Below are positions 40,180 to 51,535 of a stretch of 64,000 bases of DNA, in pieces; the stretch's first letter is position 1, and each line of letters begins with the position of its first letter. The DNA comes from Camelus ferus (Eukaryota): positions 12,960,001 through 13,024,000 of the forward strand of contig NC_045697.1 in NCBI RefSeq assembly GCF_009834535.1, in the 5' to 3' direction. Below the pieces are notes generated by a model. The model worked only from the letters and a program-made list of their open reading frames with translations, was not told the origin of the DNA and did not search any database. The translations under genes and the position numbers were made by a program.

Positions 40180-40793
40180 ATGTTGGCTTTGGAAATGTGT
40201 CAACTTGCCTAAACTGAACTTCATTTTTTGGAATTTCTGTTCCTATACGTTTTCCATCAGTGTGAACCACAAGAGAGAATTTTATGTGAAACTTGAAAGG
40301 TGCAAGTGAAGCAGTACCCCTTTTGTAGCTCACCTACAATGTCTTATTTGCTGGTGCACTCATTTACGCAAGGCAGTGGCCAGTTCTGCAAATACTCCAC
40401 CACCCCCTGGATCGGTCTTCTTCTGGTCAGCATCCTGGACCAGGTATATGCAATTAGCTCTATGATGAAGAATTCCGGCTTCTTCAAGACATCTAGACCA
40501 TGAAGGTCAGAGTCAGAAAGAACTGATAAAAGTTTCAGCCTGTCCTCCTGGGCTCCAGTCGCTGCTTGTCCTCCCAGTTCATTCTTGTTCTCCCTAACTT
40601 TACATTATCTTCCCTTCCCAATTATATGCCCTACAGACTTCAAGTTTTAGCATCAGGCATGAATTCAGTTTGGTTATAGAAACTACTTAACCTGCTCCCA
40701 CAACTGTATATAGTCAAATTTCTAGAACAAATCCTGTCATATAAATATATATCCTAGAGATTTTGTTTCCCTGATTGAACCTGGAGTGATACA
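40180..40793 (+). mobile_element. ERVL-type solo LTR (MLT2-like termini; subfamily uncertain)
   Basis: Starts with atgtgtcaacttgcctaaactgaac and ends with gtttccctgattgaacctggagtgataca. Confidence 0.6.
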
Positions 40794-41559
40794 CAAACTT
40801 AGTCTTAGATCTGCCATCACTGAATCATATTCTTTTACAAGAATTCTAGATAAACCTACTTGAACACTCCTTTCCCTTGATCATAGAGAATATATTGCTT
40901 GATCCAGAAATGCTTTACTTGACCTCAGTGTTTTTTAAATGTGTTTTTATCTGACAGACACTGTCAACCTTAAAACTGATGATTCTATCTTTGAACTGAC
41001 TTTTGAAATGCACTTTTCCACATATTTCTTTGCCTTTTGGTGAGCTGTGAAACTAGTGACTATTTACTAGACTGAAACTTTATTTTGTTTATTAATACTT
41101 AAATGATATCTTCTCTGATTTCCTCATCTGCTTCAAAGTATACTGTATCCTCTTATTGTATTGACCTGTTTGCTAGGTTAAATTACTTTTTTTGGAGGGT
41201 AGGGGAAGCAGGGCACAAATGACACATAAAAATGAATGTTACGTATTTTCTTCAGCTCATGATTTGTTTTAATAAGAGAACTTACGTACTTAATAATTTT
41301 AACTATTAAGAAGAATTTAGAAGTTTATAATGTCTCACAAACATATTATAAACTTTCAAAAGCAGAACCCAAACTATTAAAGCAAAACTAATATTATATT
41401 ATGCTCAAGAATATGTAGATGTTTAACTATTTTTGTATTTTTCACTTATCTAACATTTGTTCATTTATGTCTTAATTGATTTATTCAACCAACAGCATCA
41501 GATATTTAATACTATAAGAAATAGTGTAAAATGCTGAAAATATAATTTTCCTGTACCTC

Positions 41560-41990
41560 AGCTAACTAGGAAAACAGATGAAGATTGGAAAAAATATAAT
41601 CCACAATGTATAGATCATAATGTTAGAGAGAAATAGAAAGAACACAGGCTGAGGGCAGGGTATTCTCAACCCAAAGTGGGACAAAAATCAACTCAGGGCA
41701 TCATTATCAAGAAAGGTCTGGGAAGGGTAAAACCAGAACTAAGTTTGGAAGAAAGAGAGTGCATAAGAAAGAACAGAAAGATGTTGCAGGGAGGCATATG
41801 GAGGAATAAACAGAGTGGCATTTTGAGAACAGCAAATGGATACCAATGTGGCTGAATATTAGAATATGCAGGTGGATGTAAGAGCATTGGATATTTTGTG
41901 AGCACTGGATATGTCCTACCAACAGGTTAGGATTTGACTCCAAGGGCAGGTAGAGGTCTAGAAGGATTTTGAAGTGGAAGGGTAATAATT
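41560..41990 (-). mobile_element. L2 fragment
   Basis: ttaggatttgactccaagggcaggtagaggtctagaaggattttgaagtgg. Confidence 0.5.
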
Positions 41991-42004
41991 TCGTACGTGA
42001 GTTT

Positions 42005-42545
42005 GACATCTCCTCATGCATGCCTAGCAATCATCTCAAATTTAACACGAGTCAGCAGAAACCCACTATTTCCTCCTGAGATTCATTCTTCCTCCAAGCT
42101 TCCCCATCTTAAAAATGGCAATGCCATCTACTGAGTGCTCAAATCAGCAGTTAAGCATCTTCTTTGTTTTCCTTTTCCTTGCCTTCCCATCCAGTTCACA
42201 GTCATTCCACTGACTCTAAGTCTTAAACGTATTGTGAATCCATCCACTCCTCTCCGTACCCATTCCTAAGTGACTTCAATTAAATCATTTGTTTCTTTTT
42301 TTCTCTGAAATAGCCTTCTAAATAATTTAGAGTGCCCAACCAATCTCTTTTCACATATGCATTTTCATTCTCTGCATAAGATTTGCCACTCTCTGATACT
42401 ATTTTTTTCTGCTTCCTTGCTTTTTTTTCCTGTCTCCTTTTAGAATGTAAATTCTCTGACATTAAAAACTAGACTTGTTCACCAACAGGTAAGAACATGC
42501 CTGACAAAGACAATATGCTTAAGAAATGTTTGCCAAATTAATGAA
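42005..42545 (+). mobile_element. L2 fragment with 3' end
   Basis: catctcaaatttaacac...cttccccatcttaaaaatggcaatgccatc...ttagaatgtaaattctctga...aaatgtttgccaaattaatgaa. Confidence 0.7.
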
Positions 42546-42605
42546 AGAAAATGTGAGAAAGCTTATTCTGGAGACGATGTAAAGAGGGGCCAGCCTAGGG
42601 AGAAG

Positions 42606-43072
42606 AGTGGTTAAAAGGCCTCCTTTGCTCTGGACACTGGCTTCAGCTGCAGCTCTGTTGGGCAGTTCTGTGCACACTGACAACATGCTACCACAAGGGC
42701 CTCACTTATCCCTGCTTTTCTGTCTCCGGGCGTATTTGCAGGTTAGCCCAGAAGTTCGGGAGAGTGAACTCCTGGGGACTTTAGAACTGATAGGGGAAGT
42801 GAGACAGAGGAAACAGACTCACTTCCCATCCTGCAGAGGGGAAACTCGGAGGCACGTTCTACATGATTCTGCAGACATGCCCCAGCACCGGAGCGCTCCG
42901 TCACTCACAGCAGGAACCAGCACACTAACACAACTTTGATCACCTTTTCTTCCCTCCGGGCTCACTTTTCCAGCTCTCTTGTTCCTGCTCCCTGGGGTCA
43001 CCTCATCAATCAACTACCAGTACTCAAGTGCCTGTCTTAGATTTTGCTGTAGCAAGAAACTTAAACTAATAC
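42606..43072 (+). mobile_element. ERVL solo LTR, LTR16-like
   Basis: ggcttcagctgcag near the start; the 3' end cacctcatcaatcaactaccagtactcaagtgcctgtcttag...aaactaataca resembles the LTR16 terminus. Confidence 0.7.
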
Positions 43073-43589
43073 AAGCCTTTTGTATCAATCTGTGCAAGGG
43101 GAGTTGAAGATTTTCAAGCTCTTTGGGTGAGGAAAGTTACAGGGTTCTGGGACTCTTTTAACGGGATGATGGGGATTAAAAATAAGAGAGAGAATTGAAG
43201 GATGAACCCCAGGTTTGTGTAGTCCATTCTGGTGGAAAAGAGGGGGAGGGCATCAGATGACTAGATAAGTTTTCTAGTATATCAATTAAGTACAAAAATT
43301 GAGAAAGTAGTTAAATGTAAAAGTACGGAGATCAGAAAAATTCTTGCAAGCAACTAATATTTCTTGGAGTCAACTTCAGCTTGGTGTGATAAATAGTTGA
43401 AACAAAAGCAAACAGAAGAACCCACAGGGAAGATGGGTAGAATGAGAAATCAAGAGAAAAAAGAACAGATCCTTGTGCTAATGACCCCTTTAAGTCCTGA
43501 ACTAAAGAGAACAGATGACCATACCTGGATGGTTTTGACTATTCAGTGGTACAGTAGTTCCACTGCTTATTAATGGATATTTTACCCAT

Positions 43590-43790
43590 AAAATGGTCTA
43601 TGGTCAAATATATTTGAACGCTGGCTTAGATATACATAAATGCAATTTTCATTCCAGAAGAGTTTTGACAGATGTTAACATGCTTTGAGAAATTTCATAA
43701 AGGGAGATTTATTAGGTGGCATTTCACAGCATTATTCAATGTTTTCTTCTTGAAGAACCCCAGCATATAGTTTTGGGCAAACGTTAGCTT
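43590..43790. mobile_element. Charlie4-like hAT remnant
   Basis: tatggtcaaatatatttgaacgctggc...ttaacatgctttgagaaatttcataaagggag resembles the recalled consensus. Confidence 0.4.
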
Positions 43791-46074
43791 AGTTGCACTT
43801 AAAGTTTCTTTCTAGTTATAGTATCTGATAATTACAGTGTCTAAAGTGACATAATATCTAAGAATGGTCTTCTTGACCCCAGAAACAATGAGTCTCCAGA
43901 ATTCAGGGACTCCGTAAATTGTCATTACATATAAACAAAGCAGAATTTAATTTTGTCAGAACAAACCGTTGCATTAAAACTGTCTTAGCAATTAAAGGTT
44001 ACAGGGAACATGAGGAAATATCCCAGCCCTAGGGAGACTCAGCTACTGCAGGTCCCCAGGCCTGCAGACTTGACCCCATCCAGTGCCCAAACCTAATGGT
44101 CAGAAAAAATCTTAGAGCGCTGATCTTAGTCCAGCAGTGTCCGTGAGGCTCTGCCTGACCAAGCTGTAGCCTGACTCCCTGGTCCTGCTCTGACCGCTCT
44201 CTCTGGCTGGTTGTGCCATTTTCTGATTGACATTTCTATTTTCATCCAGGTAAGGAGTCTTGCCCGAAATTCCACCCTGTTTGATTGTGACTCTGAGGAC
44301 CTGAGAAACTCCTGTTGGTCTGTGTTGAGGGCAGGAATAGAGTAGTGAATAGAGAGTGATGGGCTTCACACCAGATGGATTCTCCTATACCCAAGATTCT
44401 AGCATTCCACTGAGTTTAACTGTGCAACTACTCTGTTCCTCCACTTTAATAGTTACTCCAAAAGAAGCATGAACCAAGACCGACTGCCAGTTCTCTCAAG
44501 GGCATTGTGATGTGGGTGCTATTACAGAGGAGGCATAAAATCTATATAAATATAAAAACATGCATACACTATAGTGTATTCTCATCAGAGCTGAATCTCC
44601 TATGCAGATTTTACTAATTGAAACAAAGGAAAAGGCAGACGGAGAGGAAAAAATAAAAAGAACACTTGAGAGCATAGTGTTCCCAAACTTAAGACTGAAA
44701 GAGGATAAGGAAACCAAAGACACATGTTCACTCATTGATTCATTCAACAGATATTCCCTGAGAACCACTATATGTCAGACACTGTTCTATATACAGGAAG
44801 TACAATTATAAAAAGCCATAAAAATTACCTCTCTACATGGCCATTCACTTTGTGCATCCCTAGCACATCTGCTCTTAAAGTAAATTCAACTTACTTGGAA
44901 AGACCCAATTAAGGACAATTTGTTCAAGTACCAGATTCGAAGCTTATTTTCCTGTAGTAGATAAGAAGGCTAAATAAGCCAAAGGTAGTTTGTCAGGGAA
45001 AAGAACTGTGACCACATGATTAGTTTTATTTACCTTTATACATATTTAATAAGAATTTAATAGAGTTTTAATATGGGAACTTTAGAGACAAAGAAAAAAA
45101 TTTAAAAATTTTAAAACACTGTATTTTCTAAGGAATTAATTTGCTCACAAGCATGACTACTTGTCATATAAATAATCACAGATAACTTTTACTTAATCAC
45201 AAATATAATTCTACAAGAAATTGAAATAGAGAATAGTCAGCTCAGGTGGGTGCAGGAAATGTTTTAAGCACCAACTTGGGGCTTGTCTCTATTTTCTTCT
45301 CCTTTTCTCTCTTATTCCCCCCTTTTTTTTCCCTTTCTAGATACTTTTCAGTATCTGGGAAGCTTTCTCTTTCTCTTAAAGTTTGCTCTCTGCAAACCTC
45401 TCAGATTCCTGTGGCACAACCATCATTCTAATTGCTTAGAAGGAAAATTCACTCAGCCTGATTCTGCTAATGGTCATCTAACCTAATTGATATGTCTCCG
45501 GTATTCGATACTGTTTGCCACTTCCTCTTTCATAAACTCAGTATCTTATTTTGCTTTAATAACACCATTATTTCCTGTTCCCCTTTTATTCCTCTTTCTT
45601 CTCAGCTTACTCTTTATTTAACTACATCTTAAGTATTTATATTACCCATGCTCTTTAATTCTGTCCCTGTGTTACTCATCAATGAAAGATGATTTCAAGA
45701 TGCTTAGCTGGCATAGGGGAATATGTACTCTGTAGCTATAAGATCCACTCTGTCATTAATTAACTCATTCATTAATTGACCAAATCTTTAATGAAATGAT
45801 TCTTTCCTATACATGATAATTCCTGGTCCAAAATGTGGCCTCATTATTCTACCATTATAGTTGGAAGATAGTTACGATTAAAGTATCTCAGAAGAATTGT
45901 GTGATAAAATTCAACAGGTGACAAATAACAGAAATCGCTCTACTCTGCTTAAGAAAACAAGAAAAAAGGACTGATTGAAGTAATTTTGTGGCTGCTCAGA
46001 GAATCCGAGGGTAAGGAGATAGCTGGGCATTGGAAACAAGTTGGAACTAGATATTTAAACGTTGCTGTTTCTGT

Positions 46075-46590
46075 CTGTTTGCATCAGTGGACTATTGCCA
46101 CTATAATGCTGAATAAAAAACTATTTCAAGAGGGAAAACAAACAGCAAGAATTTATTTATTTCTCTTGCTTGTTAAGTCTATTACTGTTCAGTTTGGAAA
46201 GCTTGCTTCAGGCTGACGCTTGGCTGGGTTTGGCTGGCATTTTCTCCAGGCTGTGGATTGGATATAGGTATTCTCTATGGGCTTCCTCATTCTTCTTGGA
46301 CCCCAAGCTACCTGGAGCATGTACTTCTCCTAGTGCATCCCTGGAGTATATGAGTCTGGGCAGAAATAAGTTATTCCTATTAAAGCCTCCTCTTGCAACT
46401 GGCATACTGAAAATTCAATCCATATTTCCAAATTTCATTGGCCAAAACATGTCATATAACCAAGACCAACATCAATGAGACAAGGAAAGATACTCTATGT
46501 CCAGTGGGAGGCGCTGCAAAGTCACCTGGCAAAGGGTTTTGATATATGGGGTGGCAATAAAGAACTGGAGAATAATGATCCAATTTACCA
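46075..46590 (-). mobile_element. Old MLT1 (J/K-like) LTR
   Basis: ctattgccactataatgctgaataaaaaac...ttcattggccaaaacatgtcatataaccaagacc. Confidence 0.6.
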
Positions 46591-46639
46591 CACTCCTTCA
46601 TTCTGTCTATTCTTTGTGAATTATGTGTAATCATTAAGA

Positions 46640-47620
46640 GGATCACAAATCACTCAGTCTCCCAGGTTAAATGCCTCCAAAATGCCTTTGACATACCCAG
46701 ATTCATAATTCCTGACGTCCAGTTAACCATACAGTTTCCTCTAATCTTCTCTCTCCCTTCTAGTCCTTCTTTCATTTTTATCATCACTGCTTGACTTTAG
46801 TTTTTTTGCTTTTATATTTTTATATAAATATAGGCTCTATTGTATTTATATTATTATACAAATTTATATTACTGTATGGTAATATAAACATAAGTTTATT
46901 TTTTTTACTGAAGTATAGTTGGTTTACAATATAGTGATAATTTCTGGTGTATAGCATAGTGATGCAGTTACACACATATATATTCCTTTTTCTATTCTTT
47001 TTCATTACAGGCTATTACAAGGTACTATGTGGTTCCCTGTGCTATGCAGTAGGGCTTTGTTGTTTATCTGTTCTGTATATAGTAGTTAGTATCTGTAAAT
47101 TCCTATAATTTTTAAATATATATGTATATAACTTAAATATAAATATTATGTACAGATAATTATTATATCCTCTGAACTGGTTTTCCTGTTCTCAGTCTCT
47201 CCTTACTGTTATCTGCACAGCTCCTAGAATTCCACATTTCACTTTTTAAAGTATGATTCTGAGGTATTATTTCTCTTCTGTTAGATTTTTAATTATTCCT
47301 TATTTTCAGAGGTTAAAATTCCTTACCGTGGAATAGAAGGCCATTCACAATCTTCTCCCAACTCATTTTTCAAGTCTCATTTTCTTCTATCACTCAGCGT
47401 GAACCCACACTCTAATCACAAATAATTATTGGTCATTCCAGTGTAGTTCTGTGTACTTGTATATAGGTTTCATTTTTAGGACTTCCAAGTTACCCACCTC
47501 TTGAATCTCTGCCTGTGATTTCCCTTTTAGATCCCACCTCAAATTTCACATCTTCTGAGGAGCCTTAACTAAATTAGTGCCTCCTTCCTGTGTCTCACCA
47601 CAGTACTTCATTTATCTAAC
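46640..47620 (+). mobile_element. Degenerate L2 interrupted by an L1 fragment
   Basis: ttaaaattccttaccgtggaatagaaggccattcacaatct...cccacctcaaatttcacatcttctgaggagcctt. Confidence 0.6.
46896..47103 (-). mobile_element. L1 3'-end fragment inserted in an L2
   Basis: ttttttactgaagtatagttggtttacaat...ggttccctgtgctatgcagtagggctttgttgtttatc. Confidence 0.85.
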
Positions 47621-49125
47621 ATACTTTAGGCTACATTAGTTGAATGTTTACTAGTAAGCATTTTATAGACCACATTTATTCTCATCGTTGCTTTGAGTCC
47701 TTTGAGGTAGGCATTTTTTCCATTTTACTGATGAAATCAGAGTTCAGAAACTTAACCAAGGTCAACGTACTCAGTCAGTGAAAAAGCCGGTTTTCAACGC
47801 CATGTACATTTCACCTCATGGATTTCCTACATTCTGACTCACTTCCATTCCTCCTTTCATTTTTATCACCAATGTCTGACTTTAGGTTTTATTGCTTTTA
47901 TATTTATATAAAATATAGATTTCTATTGCTTTTATATTTATAATGTTTTCAAATGCTATATTATAATGCTACACAGTGCATAATTGACAGATTTTATGTC
48001 TATTTTTCTACTGATGTGATTTAATCAAGCCAGGGACCTGGTTACATTCTTTTTTGTGTAGCTACTAGCCAGTACACTTGTCCCCAGGTACCTGTCGGAC
48101 AAATTTAGAGCATGAACCAATAAACACTAAAGTCAAGTGTAGTAAAACAACCGACTGTCCATCGGCAGGTACCTAGGGATGTGCTAGGAAAGCGAGGGAG
48201 AGGTATAAAGAAAAGACCTGGAACTCGTTAGAGTAGAACTGAGAGAGAACTTGGAGGGGGAGAAATTGTAAGCTTTTTACTAGCCAATAGCAAAGGAAAT
48301 TGCCTTATGGATCCAAACATACGCCCTTCAGAATTTCCCACAGGCTAGAGACGGCAATCTCTGCAGATTATAGTGTATGTTTTATTTCATTTTCTTCCTG
48401 TTATAAAAATGACTCACTTCTGCTTGGAGAAGGAAAGTGTTTACTTTTGCTTTTTGAATAATTTCCTGGGGAGAACTGCTATGTTTATTGGGGGGAGGGG
48501 GCTGGGAAACTTCAAAATTGGCTTTATTATGCAGAGCATTTTGAAAGTGCTGTAAAGACATCATAAAATAGCTTACTTTATAGAGGTCTCATTCCTACCC
48601 CTCAGACTGTAATTATTAACATAACCCTCTAGGCATTCTCTTGTCATCTCCACCTGAATATCCTATCTTGTTTTATCTGTGATCTTTCTCTTGCTTTATT
48701 AGTTTAAAGAGCCCTTGGCTACTCTCTAATGAGAAGAAACTGGATTTCTGTAGCCTAGGTCACCCTCTATTGCTTGAAGGAAAAAAGAATAAAGTTCACT
48801 GGAAGGTAAAGAGGGAAAAAAAAAAAAAAAACAAAAAAACAAAAAACCAAACCTGGCAGACCTTATCTCCTTAACATCTTTTTGTATCTACTAAGAACAA
48901 CTTGCCCAATACTGAATTTTTGCTTTTGCTTGACCAAAGTTTAAAAAAAAGAGAGAGAGATAAAAGGAAAAAGGAATCACACCACAAACCTACAATATTT
49001 CCCCTTGGGGGAATTAGCCTTATCTTGGTGTTCTCTCTCTCTCCTGTGATCTCTAAATGCTGACAAATCTGCTGAACAACAAGCACGGGTATTTCCTTCT
49101 GGACCCTCAAGTCCTCTCCTTACAG

Positions 49126-49265
49126 CAGTTGGCTGTGGGTGAGGTTTTTCAATCAGTGTCAGCTTCAAGCCAGCAGCTTGCATCCTACTGCAAAATTTAT
49201 GGAGCATGCTGATGAGAACAATGTGGCTCCCTGGGAAGATGACTGGGAATTGGCAGAGGCGTTTT
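49126..49265 (+). other. Candidate exon
   Basis: Acceptor gtcctctccttacag (NAGNAG), an open frame ending MEHADENNVAPWEDDWELAEAF, and donor TTT|GTAAGT. The protein is not recognised. Confidence 0.25.
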
Positions 49266-49649
49266 GTAAGTCTGAGCACCACAGCTGGGCCATCGATTGT
49301 TCCTTCATCTGGTTGGACTTCAAAAGGTTACGTGCCTTGTTATCTGTTTTGCACCCCTAACCAAAAGCTACTTTGGGAGCATGCGATGCTTCGTAGAATA
49401 TGTCAAAGCATTTTCCACAACCTCATCTCCCACTTAGCTAAGGCCAATCCTTATCCAGTCTTCACGTTTCTAGGGTGGTGAGGGAGAGAAAAAGGGAGTG
49501 ATGTGTTAGACTGGTCAGCTATCTGATCTGTCTTAAAAGCAAGTGGTCAGGAGGAGAAAAAAAAATGAATGAGTTGCATTAAATGATAGTGAAATCATCT
49601 GGCACAGAGCTTACTCTGTAGTATGTGCCAAGTGAGTACTTAAGAGGGA

Positions 49650-49880
49650 ATCAAGGACAGACTTTGAAGCCAGATGCCTGGATTTAAATCCTGGTTCTAT
49701 TCCTTATCAGCTGCATGAATACAGTTACTTAACCTATTAATGCCTCAGTTTCTTCATCTACAGCATGGGTACAATGGTCGTAATGTCTCCTAGGGATGGT
49801 CTAAAGACTGTGTGAGAAAATACATGCACATTCTTATAAGCATTTCTGGCTCATAGCAAGTGCTTAATTAATATTAGTTA
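49650..49880 (+). mobile_element. MIR SINE
   Basis: ggatttaaatcctggttctattccttatcagctg...agttacttaacctattaatgcctcagtttcttcatct. Confidence 0.85.
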
Positions 49881-50049
49881 TTTGTTAAATAAGAATAGTA
49901 AATAAATGGAGAAAATGGATCTCAACCACTTCCAAGGTCTACTTTCTCTCATTCTTCAAATAGTATCTGAGATATGACTGAAAACAGCCATACTTTTTCA
50001 CAGCTGTTGCATTTCTGAAAGTGATGTAAGGAGTAGAAAGATCTGTCCA

Positions 50050-50245
50050 ATATAATATACATTTATATACACATATATATAATCTCTCATATTATATACT
50101 ATTTGCATAGTATATACATTACATATACTGTAATATATATTTATGTGTTTATATATAAATCTTTCTATTTTGACATATAGTATATGTAAATCTGATTTAT
50201 ATATGTAGAGGTATATGACATTATATCATATTATATTACATATAA
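50050..50245. repeat. Degenerate TA-rich low-complexity tract
   Basis: Directly visible. Confidence 0.8.
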
Positions 50246-51174
50246 TCTTGTTTTTAATCCCAGTTCTGATACTACTGCTAAATTTCATATTAGTATGTAG
50301 AGAGAACAACTATTTTGAAATTTGAGTGTCTAGATTGTGATTGTATTTGTATTAGCTGCCTGATGTTCTTACAGTACTTGGTTTAGAGAGTGGTTGCTTC
50401 ATCAGATTTTGGGGATACTATTTCATCTGGGCCAAAATAGTCTCTTCAGAGAAGCACGTTTTGGCCTGCTAATGTAGGATGGGGAGGCAAAGTCCCAGTG
50501 GAGTCCAAATGTAAAGTTGGTGGGGTGGTGTTGGAAGAGTTTACTGTGTAATTTTCCTGGCTCATACTGTCACTCAGTGTGAACTTCCATGTCATTTTTC
50601 TGGTTGGTTTATTTAAATGCAGTTCTTCCCAAAAAGAAGCTGATGAAAAACTGAAAATTTTGATCATCTTTAGTGATGTATACAAGAAAGCAATCCAAAG
50701 GACCATCAGATGTGTTCAGATGCGCTCAGTTCCAATTAGGGACAGGCTTGGCCAAATTACAAATTAAAAGAGGCATCTAGATGTGGTAGAAAGAACATGG
50801 GTTTGGGAATTTAACAGAGATGCGTTTGATTCTTAACTCCACCACTTGCTAGCTAAACTCTGAAGTTTTAGATTTCTGAGTTTCCTCACTTATGCTTGGA
50901 GATCTCTGTATTATCCCTTGGAACCTCACTTTCTATACAGGGTAATTATACCTCCTTGTTGTTGAGTATTGAATGAAGTACTGCTAGAGAATTCAATCAA
51001 CCAACTTGCCTCAGTTTTTTTAGTAATGATTCGTATTTTTAAGTGATATAGTTTCTTCCCCTAATGTAGTGTCAGTTAGAATTGTCAAATCCTAACCCAA
51101 ATTTTGATGAGGTCAAAATATTATATGTTTTAGAAATAAGGTTAAGTGGATCTGAATTTTAGGCTTTTTAAAAT

Positions 51175-51535
51175 TTTGAGTTTATTACTTTTTAGAGCAG
51201 TTTTTAGTTCACAGCAAAGTTGAGGGGAAGTACAGAGAATTCCCATATACTCCCCTGCTCCCACATGTGCAGAGGCCCCCCTGTTATCAACAGCCCATAC
51301 AGAGAAGTACATGTGTTAGTTGATGAACCCACATTGACATATCATAATCACCCAAAGTCCATAGTTTATATTTAACTCATGGTGTTGTACACTTTATGGA
51401 TTTGAACAAAGGTAGAATGACAAGTATCCATCATAATGGTGTCATAAAGAGCATTTTCACTGCCCTAAAACATCACTGTGCTCTGCCTATTCAAATTCCA
51501 CCCCTACCCCACCAATCTCTTGCAGATACTGATTT
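51175..51535 (-). mobile_element. Old L1 3' end (L1MB-like)
   Basis: tttttagagcagtttttagttcacagcaaagttgaggggaagtacagagaattcccatatac. Confidence 0.8.

Noticed and set aside
40425..40445. REST/RE1-like motif tcagcatcctggacc
   Set aside because: Several mismatches to the RE1 consensus, and it lies inside an LTR.
41985..42010. Switch in L2 orientation as an inversion breakpoint
   Set aside because: Two independent L2 insertions explain it equally well, and the copies are too degenerate to decide by eye.
46500..46518. CTCF-like site ccagtgggaggcgctg
   Set aside because: It has mismatches at core positions and lies within an old LTR.
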